Below are positions 36,701 to 50,100 of a stretch of 64,000 bases of DNA, piece after piece; the stretch's first letter is position 1, and each line of letters opens with the position of its first letter. Position numbers and translations under genes: made by a program. The stretch comes from Haliotis cracherodii (taxonomy: Eukaryota): assembly GCF_022045235.1 (NCBI RefSeq), contig NW_027266308.1, forward strand, positions 39,122,001 to 39,186,000, written 5' to 3'. The notes beneath the pieces are model-generated. The model searched no databases. It saw only the letters and a program-made list of their open reading frames with translations, and had not been told where the DNA came from.

Positions 36701-39700
36701 TTAGGTTTTTTTCCCATTGAGACTCAGATATACAGTATCGTCAATATTAGACACTTTTCAGCCAAATCTTGAATTTCTGTTTATGTAGAAATCAAACATG
36801 TTTGCATGTTTTAAGTATATGGTGTAGGGAAGAATGTAGATTAAATAAGGATCCAGTGAAACATATCGGCGTTAGGCGTGTTGGTGTGTCTTCGTACCTG
36901 TTGCTTCCTGGAGTATTAGGTATATATTTTACACGCTATGGTCTATGTTTACTCATGCTGAGTATTTTGTCTGTAATATAGGTAGTGACGTCAACATGGA
37001 TAACGACAGACACACTGACCGGTTCTGTCTGTCTGTAAACAAGTCCAAACAGAACGATACAACTCTGCTCTGGTCCCTTTGTACCCACAGCCTGAAGGCA
37101 GTTTGTCAAGTCGGTATGTACCTCTTTTCATAACAGGACGTTAGGAAGCCCAGTGGTTAAAGCGTTCACTCGTCATCCCGAGCCCGGGTTCGATTCTCCA
37201 CTTGGGTACAATTTCTTAAGCCCATTTCTGGTGTTCCCAGCAGTGATATGGCTGGAATATTGCAAACAGAAAAGTGGCGATATACTCATTCACTCACTCA
37301 CCATTCGTAACAAATGAGATGTAAACCCTTCACTTATATTTTCTAGGCAGAACGGGGCCTCCATGCTGACAACTGATGGGATTCCGCGCACGATAGGTCC
37401 CAAATACCCATGTTTGTTTAAAATTGGCATCCCGTGGTTCGAGTGTGTGACACGTCAGTTTCTGTGTCATTATAACCTTACATGATGGTCATGCAAACCA
37501 CTATAAAAATCGAAAATACCATCTTACATTTATGTTTTTTTCCCCCTCATAAATATTAAAATATATATTGTCCTCATTGTCAAACCTAGACCTAATGTCG
37601 TTACAAGCACAGTGCTATTTTGGTTGCCAATGTTAGTGACGACCTTTCTTTTTATTTCTTTTGTATTTCAGGTCCATTTTTTCATTCTTTGCTTTATCCA
37701 CTATGAAACACTGTTTGCCATCAACAGGAACACAGAGCACGAGCTTTTCTACAAGCACCACGACATCTCATCCGTCAGCGTCGACATCATCACCACCACT
37801 TCCTACAGAGGCGGGGACAACACTAGAGGCAACTTCGTCCTCCTCGGCCCATGCCACGTCCACCAGTACCAACGCTTCCAGGGACTACCAGGGGCTTGAT
37901 ACTGGTAAGAGTAGTTGTGTATGCCTCTTAGTAGCATTTTAATACTCATCTGCTCGTCCCAGGGAGGCATGTGTTTTTCATTGTAGAAATGGCTTTTGGA
38001 TTATTTAGGAAAAAAATGTGACAGTTCAGCTTTGTTGGAATTTTAATAATAGTTTTAACTGAAGGTATGCACGTTATAAGTGCATGTGAATGTTGTTTTA
38101 GCTTACCCCCAGAGGGGCGGGGCGAAACAGAGGTAATTTGGCATTATTGATTTAAGCGACTTCTTCTCTGGAACTAAGAGATAAATACCAACCATATTTT
38201 GTTGGAAGCATTCTCCGGTGGTGAGGATTCTAAATTGTACAAATGGAGGGTCTGGAAAAGTTGTTTTCGATTTTATTTTATACCGCTTTTCATAATAGTT
38301 CAGCAATATTACAACAATATCTTATTGAAAGAATGTTCGACCTCTGCGTGTTTATATACTAGTATTGCGTAGAAATTGATAGTCAGTTATATAGAGTTGA
38401 CGTCCTTCTTCCCCAAGCCCTGTGTTAAAAGCCGACTGGTGGGGAGCACGTTGTGCACAGTTTCACCAGACAGCGTGTCCCACCGTACCCTGGCGGCTTA
38501 TGATGTTGTTCATGCAGTCAGCCTTTGCCCAAGACTTGATTATGTGTAGGCAACATACGCCCACTCACTCAACATTACATCTACTGTGCGATATGTTTCA
38601 GGGACTCTCATAGGCATCTCTATCGCCTGTGTAGTCATCCTCGCCCTGACGATTGCCGCTATTGTGATCATGAAAAGGTACGTTTAACGCCAAACGAAGA
38701 CTACACATCTCCTGTGTATCATGTAGTTACGCAACACTCGCAACAGCAGTGAACTTGATTACATCTAATGAACGGAAGACGGTATCAATTAACATGAAAT
38801 GTCTATCCTCCAAAACAATAACGACCCGTGAAGATTCCGGGGTAGAATAGGTCTTCAGCAACCCGTAAAAGGTGACTATGCTTGTCGTAAAAGTCGACTA
38901 ACCGGATCGGGTGATCAGGCTCGATGACTTGGTTGATGCATGTCATCGATCCCAGTTGGTGGATCGACGCTCATGATCTTAATCACTGGATTGTCTGGTC
39001 CAGACTTGATTATTTACAGACCGCCGTCATATAGCTGGAATATTGCTGAGTGCGGCGTTAAACAACAAACCAACCAACCAAAACAATTACATGACTAATC
39101 TTCAAAGGAACGTCAGTGCGTTGCCATTTTTTTATAGCTCTACACTTAAATACTTGAAATGTAACCGTTACGTAATCATAAAGAAATATAAAAAAAATAT
39201 AAATATTCATTACGTTTTGCAAAACGACCTCTCTCTGTTCAGTAATGTAATTCGATGACGGATGTCCCCCATTAATTACAAGCCTTATAATATTTCTACT
39301 AATTCTATATTTCTATTAATGAACCTAACACTGCCTTCCAGACACAGACTGCTTTTCTTTGAAGCTAAACCAACGACTGACACGACAAACAACGTCGGAT
39401 ATGACAACAGGGCGTATGCCACGATGTTTGAAGATGATCACATCTACGACACCCTGTCAGAACACCAAGGGAGACACGGTCAATCCCACCTTCCCGTCGC
39501 CACCGTCAGACCCATCTTACACATCTATATGAACGACCCACAGTTGGACAAGGACGAAGGATACAATGTCCTATCACAGTGCAGCTCTGTCGTTCCTTCT
39601 TCAGTAAAACCTTATGATCATGTTTTAGTAGGTGGCGATGGCACAGTAGTTGGATCCGATTACGATAGAGTGATAATCACAAACGACCCACCTAAATTCA

Positions 39701-40089
39701 ACAGCAATGTTTGTCTGGATGATAATGGGGATGAAAATGAATATCTCAGTCTTAAGGACGACCTAGTGCCAGTGGATGATCGCAAAGCTGATCCTGGGGA
39801 ATTTGACAGAGCAGACGACAGGAATCACACGATCCCGGATGCAGGAACGAACTTTAACCAACACCAGAACAGAAGGGTTGCTGAAGCTGTTTATCAAAAC
39901 ATCTCCCAAATTAGACAGTCCGTCAACGACGATGGCGAGATTAGGACGGGGAACGTCAACGGTAACGTGATGACGTCGCATGATGGATGCTACTGTAGCA
40001 TTGGACCTGCGTCGGAAACAGATATCGCCATGAACAAAGAAGATGGACGTCAACCTATCCATCAATCACCAGCAGCAACAGATGCATGA
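30788..40089 (+). CDS. Type-I membrane protein with C-type-lectin-like and WSC domains and Tyr-motif-rich tail, ~686 aa; exons 30788-30896, 33308-33505, 34070-34206, 34975-35107, 35820-35954, 36317-36532, 36982-37113, 37728-37904, 38602-38677, 39342-40089
   Basis: All introns GT-AG with compatible phases (total 2061 nt). CTL-like WWDASQKGC..YWIG..WTW; WSC-like CHLHCGKGYTRIGLSGKACYC..CSGNYNEWCG..VSVY; second CTL-like YWIGLRR..W and C..W..C..C; S/T stalk; TM TLIGISIACVVILALTIAAIVIM then KR. First exon and exon-5 acceptor are least certain. Confidence 0.8.
31171..31338 (-). mobile_element. Second copy of the Tc1/pogo-type MITE, one end truncated
   Basis: Reverse complement of 4582-4755, ending CGTAGTTTACTG|TA. 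Confidence 0.85.
32549..32835 (-). mobile_element. tRNA-derived SINE family B, full length
   Basis: Flanked by TSD TCAACATTGAG; (ACTC)n tail. Confidence 0.92.
32993..33236 (+). mobile_element. SINE-like family A
   Basis: Family consensus starting GACCCGTGAAGATCCGGG. Confidence 0.88.
34302..34733 (-). mobile_element. 5'-truncated L1/Tx1-type LINE fragment
   Basis: Minus-strand translation PFWIEFFKW...LMNYLLLLAKYIVYRCK resembles an L1/Tx1 ORF2 C-terminus; A-rich tail with AATAAA; 15-bp TSD ATAATCAGGAAGATT at 34287 and 34734. Confidence 0.8.
35290..35566 (-). mobile_element. tRNA-derived SINE family B, full length
   Basis: 14-bp TSD GTGGATTATTAATG. Confidence 0.92.
37148..37300 (+). mobile_element. 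Short tRNA-derived SINE (family D); head also at ~31512, tails at ~52325 and ~58730
   Basis: AGTGGTTAAAGCGTTC A-box region, GGTTCGATTC B-box, GCTGGAATATTGC, (ACTC)n tail. Confidence 0.65.
38822..39080 (+). mobile_element. SINE-like family A
   Basis: Family consensus. Confidence 0.88.
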
Positions 40090-41499
40090 CGAATGTTCGA
40101 TGTTCTCGTCAGATCATACAGATAACAATATTCAGTGTGTTTTTATTGTCTCTGTGGAACAATTACGTCCCTTAAGCGTGTCAGGATCCAGAGAGTGTTG
40201 GTTCCACGACACACAGAATTCTTCTGTACCGCAGTTACGTTTTTTAGAACGTAATCTGAAAGTGGACACTATCTGTAATTATTCATGTTGTTTGACATTA
40301 TATCAGGACAAGTTTATTATTTCATCATATATTGTGTATGCCTTATCACAGACAATACCATTGATTCTGTAATGCAGCACCAGGGACATTCCGGGATGAC
40401 AATTAATCCACACCAACCTTAACTTGTCCTAAGAGGCGACTCGGATCGGGTGGTCAGGTTCGTTGACTTAGCTGATTGCGTGTCGTCGTACCTCGACGGC
40501 GTGGGACATTCTCAGGAAATCAAAAACTTGATGGTCTGGTCAGACTTGATTATTTACAGGCTGGCATCATATACTAGTATCCAGTTTCTTAAATGCTTTG
40601 TTGAAACTTTACAGGTGATAATTCTGACAAAATCAGTCAATGATATATATTAGACGTTTGCTGGCACTGAAGATACAGGTCGTACAACAAGCATTTGAAT
40701 GATCTCTTCAACAAGCAAGAAGTTTTTTTCACACCCACAAAATATGTTTGGAAACATTTGGAAAATATAAACAGAAATCTTAAACAGTTTAGAGATCGTT
40801 TAGATCGAAGAGATTGCTTATATACTTCCGAGTTACCAGAAGTGCTTAGATACAGAGAAAGTATAAAGGTTAGCACTGCGTCTTCTTTATCTTCGTATAC
40901 TCCGAACTTCCATGTACTTCCAGGGAATATCTACAGGACACTGACTTTATTTGGATAAGTGTCTAAGATCCAACCGATACCTGATTAAACTTGGTATGAG
41001 AACACTGGATGTTCCTCCGGGTGGTAACACGGACTTGGTCGACTATAACGTGAAGACAGAGGAAGCAACAGAATGGGTCGTCAAGTAACTAGTGCCATAG
41101 TTACAAAACATGTCATTACATAATCTATTTCGGTTTCCGTTTTTCAACAGGATTCCGACACTTCCTGGTGTATATAGTGTCAACCGCTTTTACTTACTCA
41201 TGTTTACACCAGTTGTGTATAAATATATTTTTATGAATAAATATTTCGAAAACTGCAACCCATCTTGTAGATATTCTGATGTGGACACACATATATCTTT
41301 CTAAACACGAATGTCGTATTCTGGTTATAATTAATAGATTAATTAATACGATACAGACACGAGTACGTGTACATACATGATGGGAACTTGTTGCAAAGTT
41401 CATAATGCGTCTGTAGAATCCTTTTACCAGTGCGCTTGTATCGGCAGATATGATGTGAACGTGTGAATAACTGCCTAACTAAAGGTTTTGATTTTGGTT

Positions 41500-41722
41500 T
41501 CCAGCTATATGGCGGCGGTCTGTAAATAATCGAGTCTGAACCAGACAATCCAGTGATTGACATCATGAGCATCGATCCACGCAATTGGGATACGGTGACA
41601 TGCATCAACCAAGTCAGCGAGCCTGACCACCAGATCCCGTTAATCCCCTCTTACGATAAGCATAGTCGTCTTTTACGGCAAGCATGGGTTGCTGAAGACC
41701 TATTCTACCCCGGATCTTCACG
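41500..41722 (-). mobile_element. SINE-like family A
   Basis: Reverse complement of family consensus, tail truncated. Confidence 0.85.
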
Positions 41723-42493
41723 TCAAGAGTTTCAAGCCTCCGAGTATTTCCACTTTTATCAAAAGACACTCGGGTGCGATTCTCTATATATCATCACAGT
41801 CAACTTTGCCTTAAAGTATATATCAACATGGTCCGATAATGTCCTCACTGTTCTTTCATGTTTAACACTGTGACTTCCTTAAAACCCTTGACGTGAGTCA
41901 CTTATAGACTTATAATTAAAAGCGAAAAAACCCTTCCCATAATAATAAGGATATTCTGCTAAACGCAGAGGCCGTGGTACGATTCATATTGTAACAACCA
42001 TGCATGCGTTTATGAATCACTACATAAAGGTGATGATACCAGGTGTTCGTGAAAAGGTGATAGTATCCTGCCCCACTGCTGGCCCCGTCACAAACACACA
42101 CAAACCCCTGAAATATATAAGTGTTATGTATTCTTTATTATTAGTTTATGTGGAGAAGCGACAATCTGAACAAGAAAGTTTACTATCCATCAATGTATTT
42201 CAATCATAGAGGCAATGATGATTCAGATGGATTTTTACAAACCTTATTGCAGTGGATTTTTACAATGCGTATATCCAAATTGACACCGTTTCAAAAACAT
42301 ATTTTAGTAAATACTAAGCTTGAGAAAGGCTAAAACAAATCCGAATACAAATCTCAAAATACATTTTGGAATAGTTCAATAAATAACGCGCAAGACCACA
42401 AGGATTCTATAACCAATGGCAATTCGCTTCTTGAATCCTTTCACATACGAAGTCTTTGTAATAACAGGACAATCCGACCGATTAGGTGTGGGT

Positions 42494-43637
42494 TCACTCC
42501 GATGACAGCGAGGGCTTCATCTTAGAAGGGCTGAGGGCATTTGGGAGAACAATAAGGTCCCTCCTCTCAACGTCCGCCGATACAGCCAGAGTGTCTAAGA
42601 ACCCTATAGCTTGGTGTCTCAGTAAGATAGAGGCGGCTCGACTTACAAATAAAACTGCTTTTACTCGACTCATCTCTGACGCTAGTTCGAGAGCTACTTC
42701 TGGATTCAGACAATTGCAGAAAGAGAGGTCGATTCTTGAAGGAAGAACCCTCTTGATATCAGCAACCCACAGTACCTCGAAGTCTCCATCAGCCTGGACG
42801 AAGCTACGCATACAGGATACAAGTATCTCTGTCTTGAGATGGAGAAGGTCATCTGCTGTCACGGAGCTGACGAACAGCTGCAGACGACATTCAACTGGAA
42901 CATAAAATCTCTGCCAGCTGACCATCGATATATATTCGTCGTTTGCACCACGACGAATCCGTTGTCTTAGCAACGTCCTCTTCTGGCGAGATTCTCGATC
43001 AGTTGCGTAAGATTCAGGCACGCTTTCTTTTAAAGGTTCACTTGGCGTCTTTTGAAGATTCGACAAGGATATTGGCGATTTCGTTGGGGATTCAGTTAGA
43101 CTGCTTTCACTTTTAGACGAGTTCAAAGATGAGTTTAGGTCATCATTTGTTCGTCGTTTCAGCTTGAGAGCATAGAACTTCGAATACCACATCTGCATAT
43201 CCAGCCATACCGTTTTGGAATTGGTCAAACTTCCTCTCGGGTAGAGCGGACCCCACACATTTCGAACAGGAATATATTTGCTGTACTTCTGAAGATCGGG
43301 TATGCGAATGTCAAGCGGATAACAAGTTGATTCTGTACTTTCATCACAGGCGGTGCAGCTGTGTGATCTGAGGTGATCGCTGGTTTGACCAACGTCAGAG
43401 CCCGACGCGCTTTGGTTGACATTCCCGGAATGTGCTTTCAGGAGATCACCGATATTGTTCAGCTTACATATTCCGCTTATGCGCTTACGTTTCTTGCAGA
43501 GCTTCTCTTTTCCTCTTTTGAAGACGGATTTTATTTTACCTAATGCTTTGGATGTCTTAACCGTTTTGACAATGTCTTGTCCCGGGCCGCCTGGTTTAGC
43601 TGTCTTCGCAAAATCACTATTATCACTGCCGCGTGAC
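42494..43637 (-). CDS. Large terminal coding exon (~380 aa) of an uncharacterised gene
   Basis: The frame of track ORF 42494..43258 stays open upstream to an acceptor AATTTCAG at 43638 (SRGSDNSDFAKTAKPGGPG...); AATAAA on minus near 42134; upstream exons not resolved. Confidence 0.6.
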
Positions 43638-44013
43638 CTGAAATTGAATTAAACATTGTTATGGCTCTCCAATGGTTAACGGGGAGATACATGCATCAGT
43701 ACATATAACACCACATTAAAATTAGGTTTGCGAAAATTGAGTCACGTCTATTTATACATGTTATACAAAACTTGCTGTTTATAAAGTTTAGGTCTGTTGA
43801 GGTTTCTCGGGAGAAAACAAATATACATCTCCTAGGCAACTGAGGAACCCACAATTTAATATCCTGGTATGTATCTGAGATCTTTTAAGAAGGGATAGTT
43901 TTTTCGGTAACTGTTTCAAAACACGCAATTTCTTCTGTAAAGAGAACATCTTCCCGAGGCATTTGAGTTAACTGACTATAAAAGTCCAGTTTCCACCCTT
44001 GCCGAACTAGGTA

Positions 44014-44171
44014 TTATGGAGTTATATTTTGGCTGGGCTAACGAGTCTATGCCTAGTCCAATCAAAATCGCGCAACGAAATCGAAATCCGGTTCGTAAAC
44101 TGTCGTGCTCATTTCGGTCGATTGCAGGATTTGTACACCGCCAACTCGTTGTCAACAGATATTTTCCAAAT
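44014..44171 (+). repeat. Unclassified dispersed repeat shared with ~58090-58234
   Basis: TATGGAGT.ATATTTTGGCTGG.CTA...AGTCCAATC...CGAAATCGA...CAACTCG...ATATTTT.CAAAT at both sites. Confidence 0.6.
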
Positions 44172-45006
44172 CTGGGAGGATCCCCCCTTTTTCAAATAAA
44201 TCGCACTATGGTATAAGTTCATTCATGAAAGCATGTGAATATTCATAGGGAAATGATCATCGATAGATACTTTCTCATTCAAACAAATCATTTGAAACGG
44301 TGAATTCGTATTGACTGTATAAGTCTGTGGATCCATCCAGACCTAGTTCAATTTCTTTTTCTGTTTGTTAGTATTTAGACAAAGAACTTGATTTCCATAT
44401 CATCGCGTATCACTAACTTACGTGGTGTTTGGATAACTACAGGGTCTACTAAAGATCCATCACTTAAGTGTGCTGCAATCGACAAAAATGTGTGACCCAA
44501 CTCATTGTATCATTGCAGAGTGGATATCACTGCTCATACTATCGACCACCGGGTCATCTAGCCGTGAACCTCAGCTTTCTATCTGTCGTTAATCTCAAAC
44601 TTTCACAAAGACGACTAAGCGCTAAGACATTCGTGAAACGGGATTTTGTTATTCTACAGGATGTCCTGCTATAGCTATGCATATGGTAATTTCTTTTGAT
44701 AGGAAGATGATTCAGTGAATTTAACGAGCTATATACAGTTTCCCTGAATTAAAAAGCCGATGACATCGACAATGTGAGAGGTGGTGTATACAATAATCGG
44801 CCTAAGTGTAAGAGGAATTTTTAGTGAGTGTGTGAATGTAGTTTAACGCCACTTTTAACAGTGCTGCAGCTTATCACTGCCTGTCAGCTTTTTACGGAAG
44901 GATATCCTGAAATGATCCAGGTTGTATATAGTTGCTTACTTCGAGAAACCAGCGAGCATGGGCATTGTGCTGAAGTATCATAATTGTGGAGAATCTTGAA
45001 TTCGAT

Positions 45007-45887
45007 GTGGGTGAGTTGGGTTTAACGCCGCTTTTAACAGTATTCCAGTTATATCGCGGCGTGTCAGCTTAATGTGGTAGGAAAGCTAGAAGTGATGCAG
45101 GTCTCAGACGTTTAACACTTTGGTCAATCTCATTAAAATCAGATCCTAGTTCTCGCTATCGCTAAACAAAGATCTGAGGACATCCCATTACGGGTCACGT
45201 CAGAACGACCTTACATCCGACCAATCAGGACGTCGCTTACAAGATCATGAAAGTGACAGTCGGAATGTGTTTCCTAATCATGCAACCTCGAAAACGTCAA
45301 CACGGGGTATTCCGAACGACAGTTACGACCCGTACGACTCATTCGTCAAAATTATCGTCTATCTCTCGCTTCAGTGGAATAAACATTTGAATGGAGGAGG
45401 TGTTGAACAGTATGTAGGAAGCATTGCTATACAGTATCAACCATATATTAGACATTCCGGAATGTTCGTTTGTTCAGTGTTCAAAATTTTAATCGAGAAC
45501 TGTGTCAACATATTTTTCAAACGTAATCTGAAATGGAAGTCGCCAGGTTGAAACGACTGCCGTAAAGCTCGAGAAAGCTGCTTTCTAATTGGCTGATGTC
45601 GCCTTCTTGTTTGTCATTTCTGTCGTCGGTCAAAGTTCGTGAAAGGTCGTTCTGACGTGACCCGTAATGGGATGTTCTCAGATCTTTGTTAAGGGGCAGC
45701 GAGAACTCGGGTCTGATTTTAATGAGATTGCCATTTCGGTGAAACGGGTATGATGCTGACAAACCTAGAATCATAATCGGGGCGAACCGGGATTCGAACC
45801 CACAATCATAGGTTTTTGGCTTGCCCAAGGGACGCAACTCTGCACAGCGAATCGCGGCGCCTCAGACGACTGGACCACCTGTGTCCC
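45007..45887 (-). mobile_element. SINE family B interrupted by a MITE insertion
   Basis: 3' part 45007-45124 and 5' part 45731-45887 join into the family consensus. Confidence 0.85.
45125..45730. mobile_element. Mutator(MULE)-like non-autonomous element with long TIRs
   Basis: CAATCTCATTAAAATCAGA...TCTGATTTTAATGAGATTG; TIR over 80 bp; degenerate ~10-bp TSD (ACACTTTGGT/CCATTTCGGT). Confidence 0.85.
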
Positions 45888-46986
45888 ATCTGGAATTCGA
45901 ACACACGATCGTGGGATCTTGGCATGACTAAGGGTTAATGTATAGAGTGCGCGGGGATAATCATATATTTGCAGAGCCATCCCAAGCAATTGTGCTACCA
46001 CGGGATACTGGGCTACCATAGGTCCCCAGTATAAAACGATATGTTCGTTGTAAGAGGCGAACAAACGGATCGATTGATCAGGTCCGTTGGCTTATGCATG
46101 TCATCCTAGAAACGGCGTGGTACGTAGCTCATTATATCAATCACTGGTTTGCCTTGAATGTTGTTGAGTGCGGTGTAAAACAACAAGCAAGCAAACGTGT
46201 TATTTTCATTAATAACCTTGTATATATACTTACGACAGAATTTAATTAAAAGCGTTGCATGTGTGAGGTTGTGGTTGTGTTGTGGTAGTATTGTCAAAGT
46301 TCTACATGCGATTGTGTCAGAGAGTATCATTCTGTTCCTGTAGAAATATTGTCCCTTTCCATGATACATTGGCAATGTTCGTTATATTGTGAAACTGATC
46401 ATCGTCAATATTTGAATAATAACTGGGCAGGAATTAGCTCTTTTTTACATTATTTTTTCTCGCAAAAAAAAGTAGCTCCTAGTTCAGAAGGAAACGTGAT
46501 ACTATCAACGTTATCATACATTTAATGAGAAACTCAATGGAAAAAATAAAAAACCTAGGTGTATTTTTAGGAACTTGCCAGTAGACCCGACATGTTTTAT
46601 GGTATAGCTGAAAGGTTTACATTAGGTTGATAAATTCACAATCATTGTCCTTACATAAAATCAAATAAGTAATATTAAAAGCAAAACATTGTAAAAGAAA
46701 ATATTTATGAATATAACGATATAATGCATAAACATTAAAATAAAATGTGGTAACTTACCAACTGACGTCATTTTGTTTTTCAAAAATATTTACAAATTCT
46801 TCCGTTAGGACTAAATTCCCTTTTGTTGGTTTCTTCGCTGACTTTTGTCTCTTTTTCTTCCGAAAAAGTAGCGGCATGATTATTGTAGTTCACAACCTCC
46901 TACCCCATGATGTATGGCCTCTCGGACGATGCGACCAGCTTGTAGCGCGTACGTAAAATCTACTGACAGCGGGCGGTGGCAGTTGC

Positions 46987-47040
46987 TGCACGTGATTTTG
47001 TTTACAGGTGGCGCTGTGATTATACTTCCGCTTCCGGAAT
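46987..47040 (+). promoter_or_regulatory. Putative TRMT6 promoter elements
   Basis: CACGTG, CTCF-like ACAGGTGGCGCTG and tandem ETS-type CTTCCG motifs ~100-150 bp upstream of the ATG. Confidence 0.45.
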
Positions 47041-47145
47041 AAACACATGTGTTCTGCTGTAAGCAATGTGCAATCGGTATTACGAGTTCTGAATCACTAC
47101 GTTCTTTAGTAGTTGCGTAGTATGTTTAAAACACCGTGTGCAGCA

Positions 47146-50100
47146 ATGGCCAGACTAATACAGGAAGGAGATCAAGTCCTGCTGAAAAGAGATGACAATT
47201 CTGGGGTGTTTCAAGTGAAACGAAACAGGTAAAAACTTCAGAAGGAAGGAATCTAGGCGTCCCTTTCCTCTGTACTGTTTATATTGTACTTACTATCATT
47301 TATACAAGATTAAAGAGGTTTGTCCAATATACACTTGCGTGTTGAAATGGTGTAATTTTGTGTGATGCAAACATAATTTTGTACAGACCTACATGTTAGC
47401 AAAAAAGGGATCAGGTGGTCAGGCTTGCTGACTTTGTTAATGCATGTCATAGTATCACAATTGCGTGGATCGATGTTCATGATGTCAATCACTGGATTGT
47501 CTGGTCCATACTCCATTATTTGCAGACTGCCGTTATATAGCTGAAGTATTGCTAAGTGTGGCGTTAAACAACAAACAAAAACAAAACATGTTCGCCATTA
47601 TGTTCAAAGATGATTAAAAATATATCATTTTATGAACTTATGTCATGTACATGTATACTGTACAGTCCAGATTCTTTCATCTGAATCAAAATATTCTGGT
47701 CATTCGTCATTCCGGTTTCTTCATTCATAAATTAAGGGAGACCCTGTACAAATGCATACTGATCATGCAGATAATCAACAACTCTGATAATTAACATATT
47801 TTCAGACAACTTCATTTTGACAAGGCCAAATTCACACTAGATGGACTCATTGGACATCCATTTGGTGCAACATTCAAGGTGGAGAAAGGAGGGATGATCA
47901 GAATTGATGACCCTGACGAAGTTCTCAATGAACTAATGGAAACAGAATCATCAGGTACATGTTCATGATTTATTCCTGCTCATACGATCAGGTTGTTGGA
48001 CCTGCATGTATCCCAGAGAACTTATTAAAAGATAATACAGTTTCTTTGAAAACAAAGACTAGGTAGATTGTACTGTGTATGTCTTAGCAAATTTGATTTT
48101 AAGTTGTTAACATGGTTAAAACTCACCATGCTTTTCTGTTAAAACTAGTTTTGTTATACACATCAATCTGATAGTTAGTTATTTGTACCAGGGTATCAAT
48201 TTCACAGAAAGCTCAAGAAGTTCAATTTCATGGCTTAGCCCCTCTTCAATAATGTTCGGGGGCATAGGTGGCCCAGTCGTCTAAGACGCCGTGATTCGCT
48301 GTGCTGTGTTGCGTTCCTTGGGCATGCCAGAAATCTATGATTGTGGGTTCGAAGCCTGGTTAGCCCCAATTATGTTTCTAGGTTTGTCAGCACCATATCC
48401 GTGCTCGTGGGTTTCACTGAAGTGGTAAATGTCTGAGACCTGCATTACTTGGGGCTTTCCTCCCACATAAAGCTGACACGTTGTGATATAAGAATACTGT
48501 TAAAAACGGCGTTAAACCAAACTCACTCTGTCAACATTGTTCAGTTTCATTTAATACCTAATTAAGGGAGGTAACACAGTAACAGATAGCAGTGACATAT
48601 CAGAAATAATTATTTGTTTGAGATTAACTGTCCAAGCAGTATATTTCATTATTGACAACACCCCAAGAAATACACTTATATACATACATATTTTCTCTAA
48701 ATACTAACCAAATTAGATTGTATTACAATACATATTGTTATTTGTATCACAGTTTACCAGTGTAGTGGTAATACTGGTCACTGGTATTTATCAGTTAGAA
48801 AGGAGATATAATGTACTGCATATTCAAGTATGCAAATCCTCATGCGCCGGAGTTTATGCTTGTTATTTCAGCGGCTGTCCGTGGTAAGGACAACCGGGAC
48901 TTGGTTGCTGCAGGTTCAAACCAGAAACTGTCTCAAGATGACATCCTCAAGATGAAGGAAGAGGGCAAGAAAGGAGAGGTAACATGTACCAGTCAGGTCA
49001 TAGTGTAAAGCTAATATTTCATAGTATTTGGAGATCTAGACCTCAAAATGTATGTCGTCTTATGTGGTCTGAAGAAGCATAAATGTTCTATTTACTAGTA
49101 TGCATATTTTTCTTGAGAATGTAAGAAAAATCATAAAGTAAGAAATTGTTGAATTTGTCTAAGGGTGTGACCATGGTAACAATACACAGAACATTTACAC
49201 AAGTATCATATCGGTACATCATGTATCGTAACGATGCAGGTTGAATAAGGGTGACATGTAAAATGTAAAGTACAATTTCATGTTTGATTGGAGGGGCACG
49301 GGTGGCCCAGTCATCTCAGGCGTAGCAATTCCCTGTATGTAGGGAAGCATGATTCATAATCCTGAATCATTGTGAAACAGAGATGTCTTGATGCAGATCC
49401 TTAGAACCGAGACTGTTTCTCTTATGCTTCATGTTCTTTCATGGTTTCAGGAAATCATTCAAGAGCTGATAACAAACAGTGAGACTTTTGAAAACAAGAC
49501 AGAGTATTCGCAGAGGAAATATCTGCGGAAGAAAATGAAAAAGTAGGCAAAATATGTGTTTGATGAGATGAAAGGGAGTCTGTGTTCCATGATCAGCTGT
49601 CTATTGTCATATGTCTATAGATCTTGGGTTATTGCCTTATGTGAAACTTTGATATTTTCATGGTGTAAATACGTTTTTATATAGAATTATCTACCTCATA
49701 AATGTAAGGTAGCAGACATAGCATGCTAAACAGCTTAAAGGAGTAACTATGTGGGTGTTTTTGATAGAAAAAAATGTGGCAGCTGTTATTCTTAGTTTTA
49801 GTATTAATAATGTTCGTCATTACAATCACAAAGATTTTTTTGTCTCAATTACCTACCAATCAGAAATTGTTATTGTAATCAGGGTTGAAGATAACATTTT
49901 TTACCTGCAATATTATGTTTATCTATCCTTGTGGTTCTTCAATCCCAAAAAATATATATATATAAACATGAGGATTAGATTACCTAAGAATAAATAAATA
50001 ATAATAATGATAATTGCTAAATGTTGATTGCATGAAATGATGAATGTTTATCTTTATATAAGCATTCTGCCAGTTCGGTATGATGCTTTGAAATCTATTT

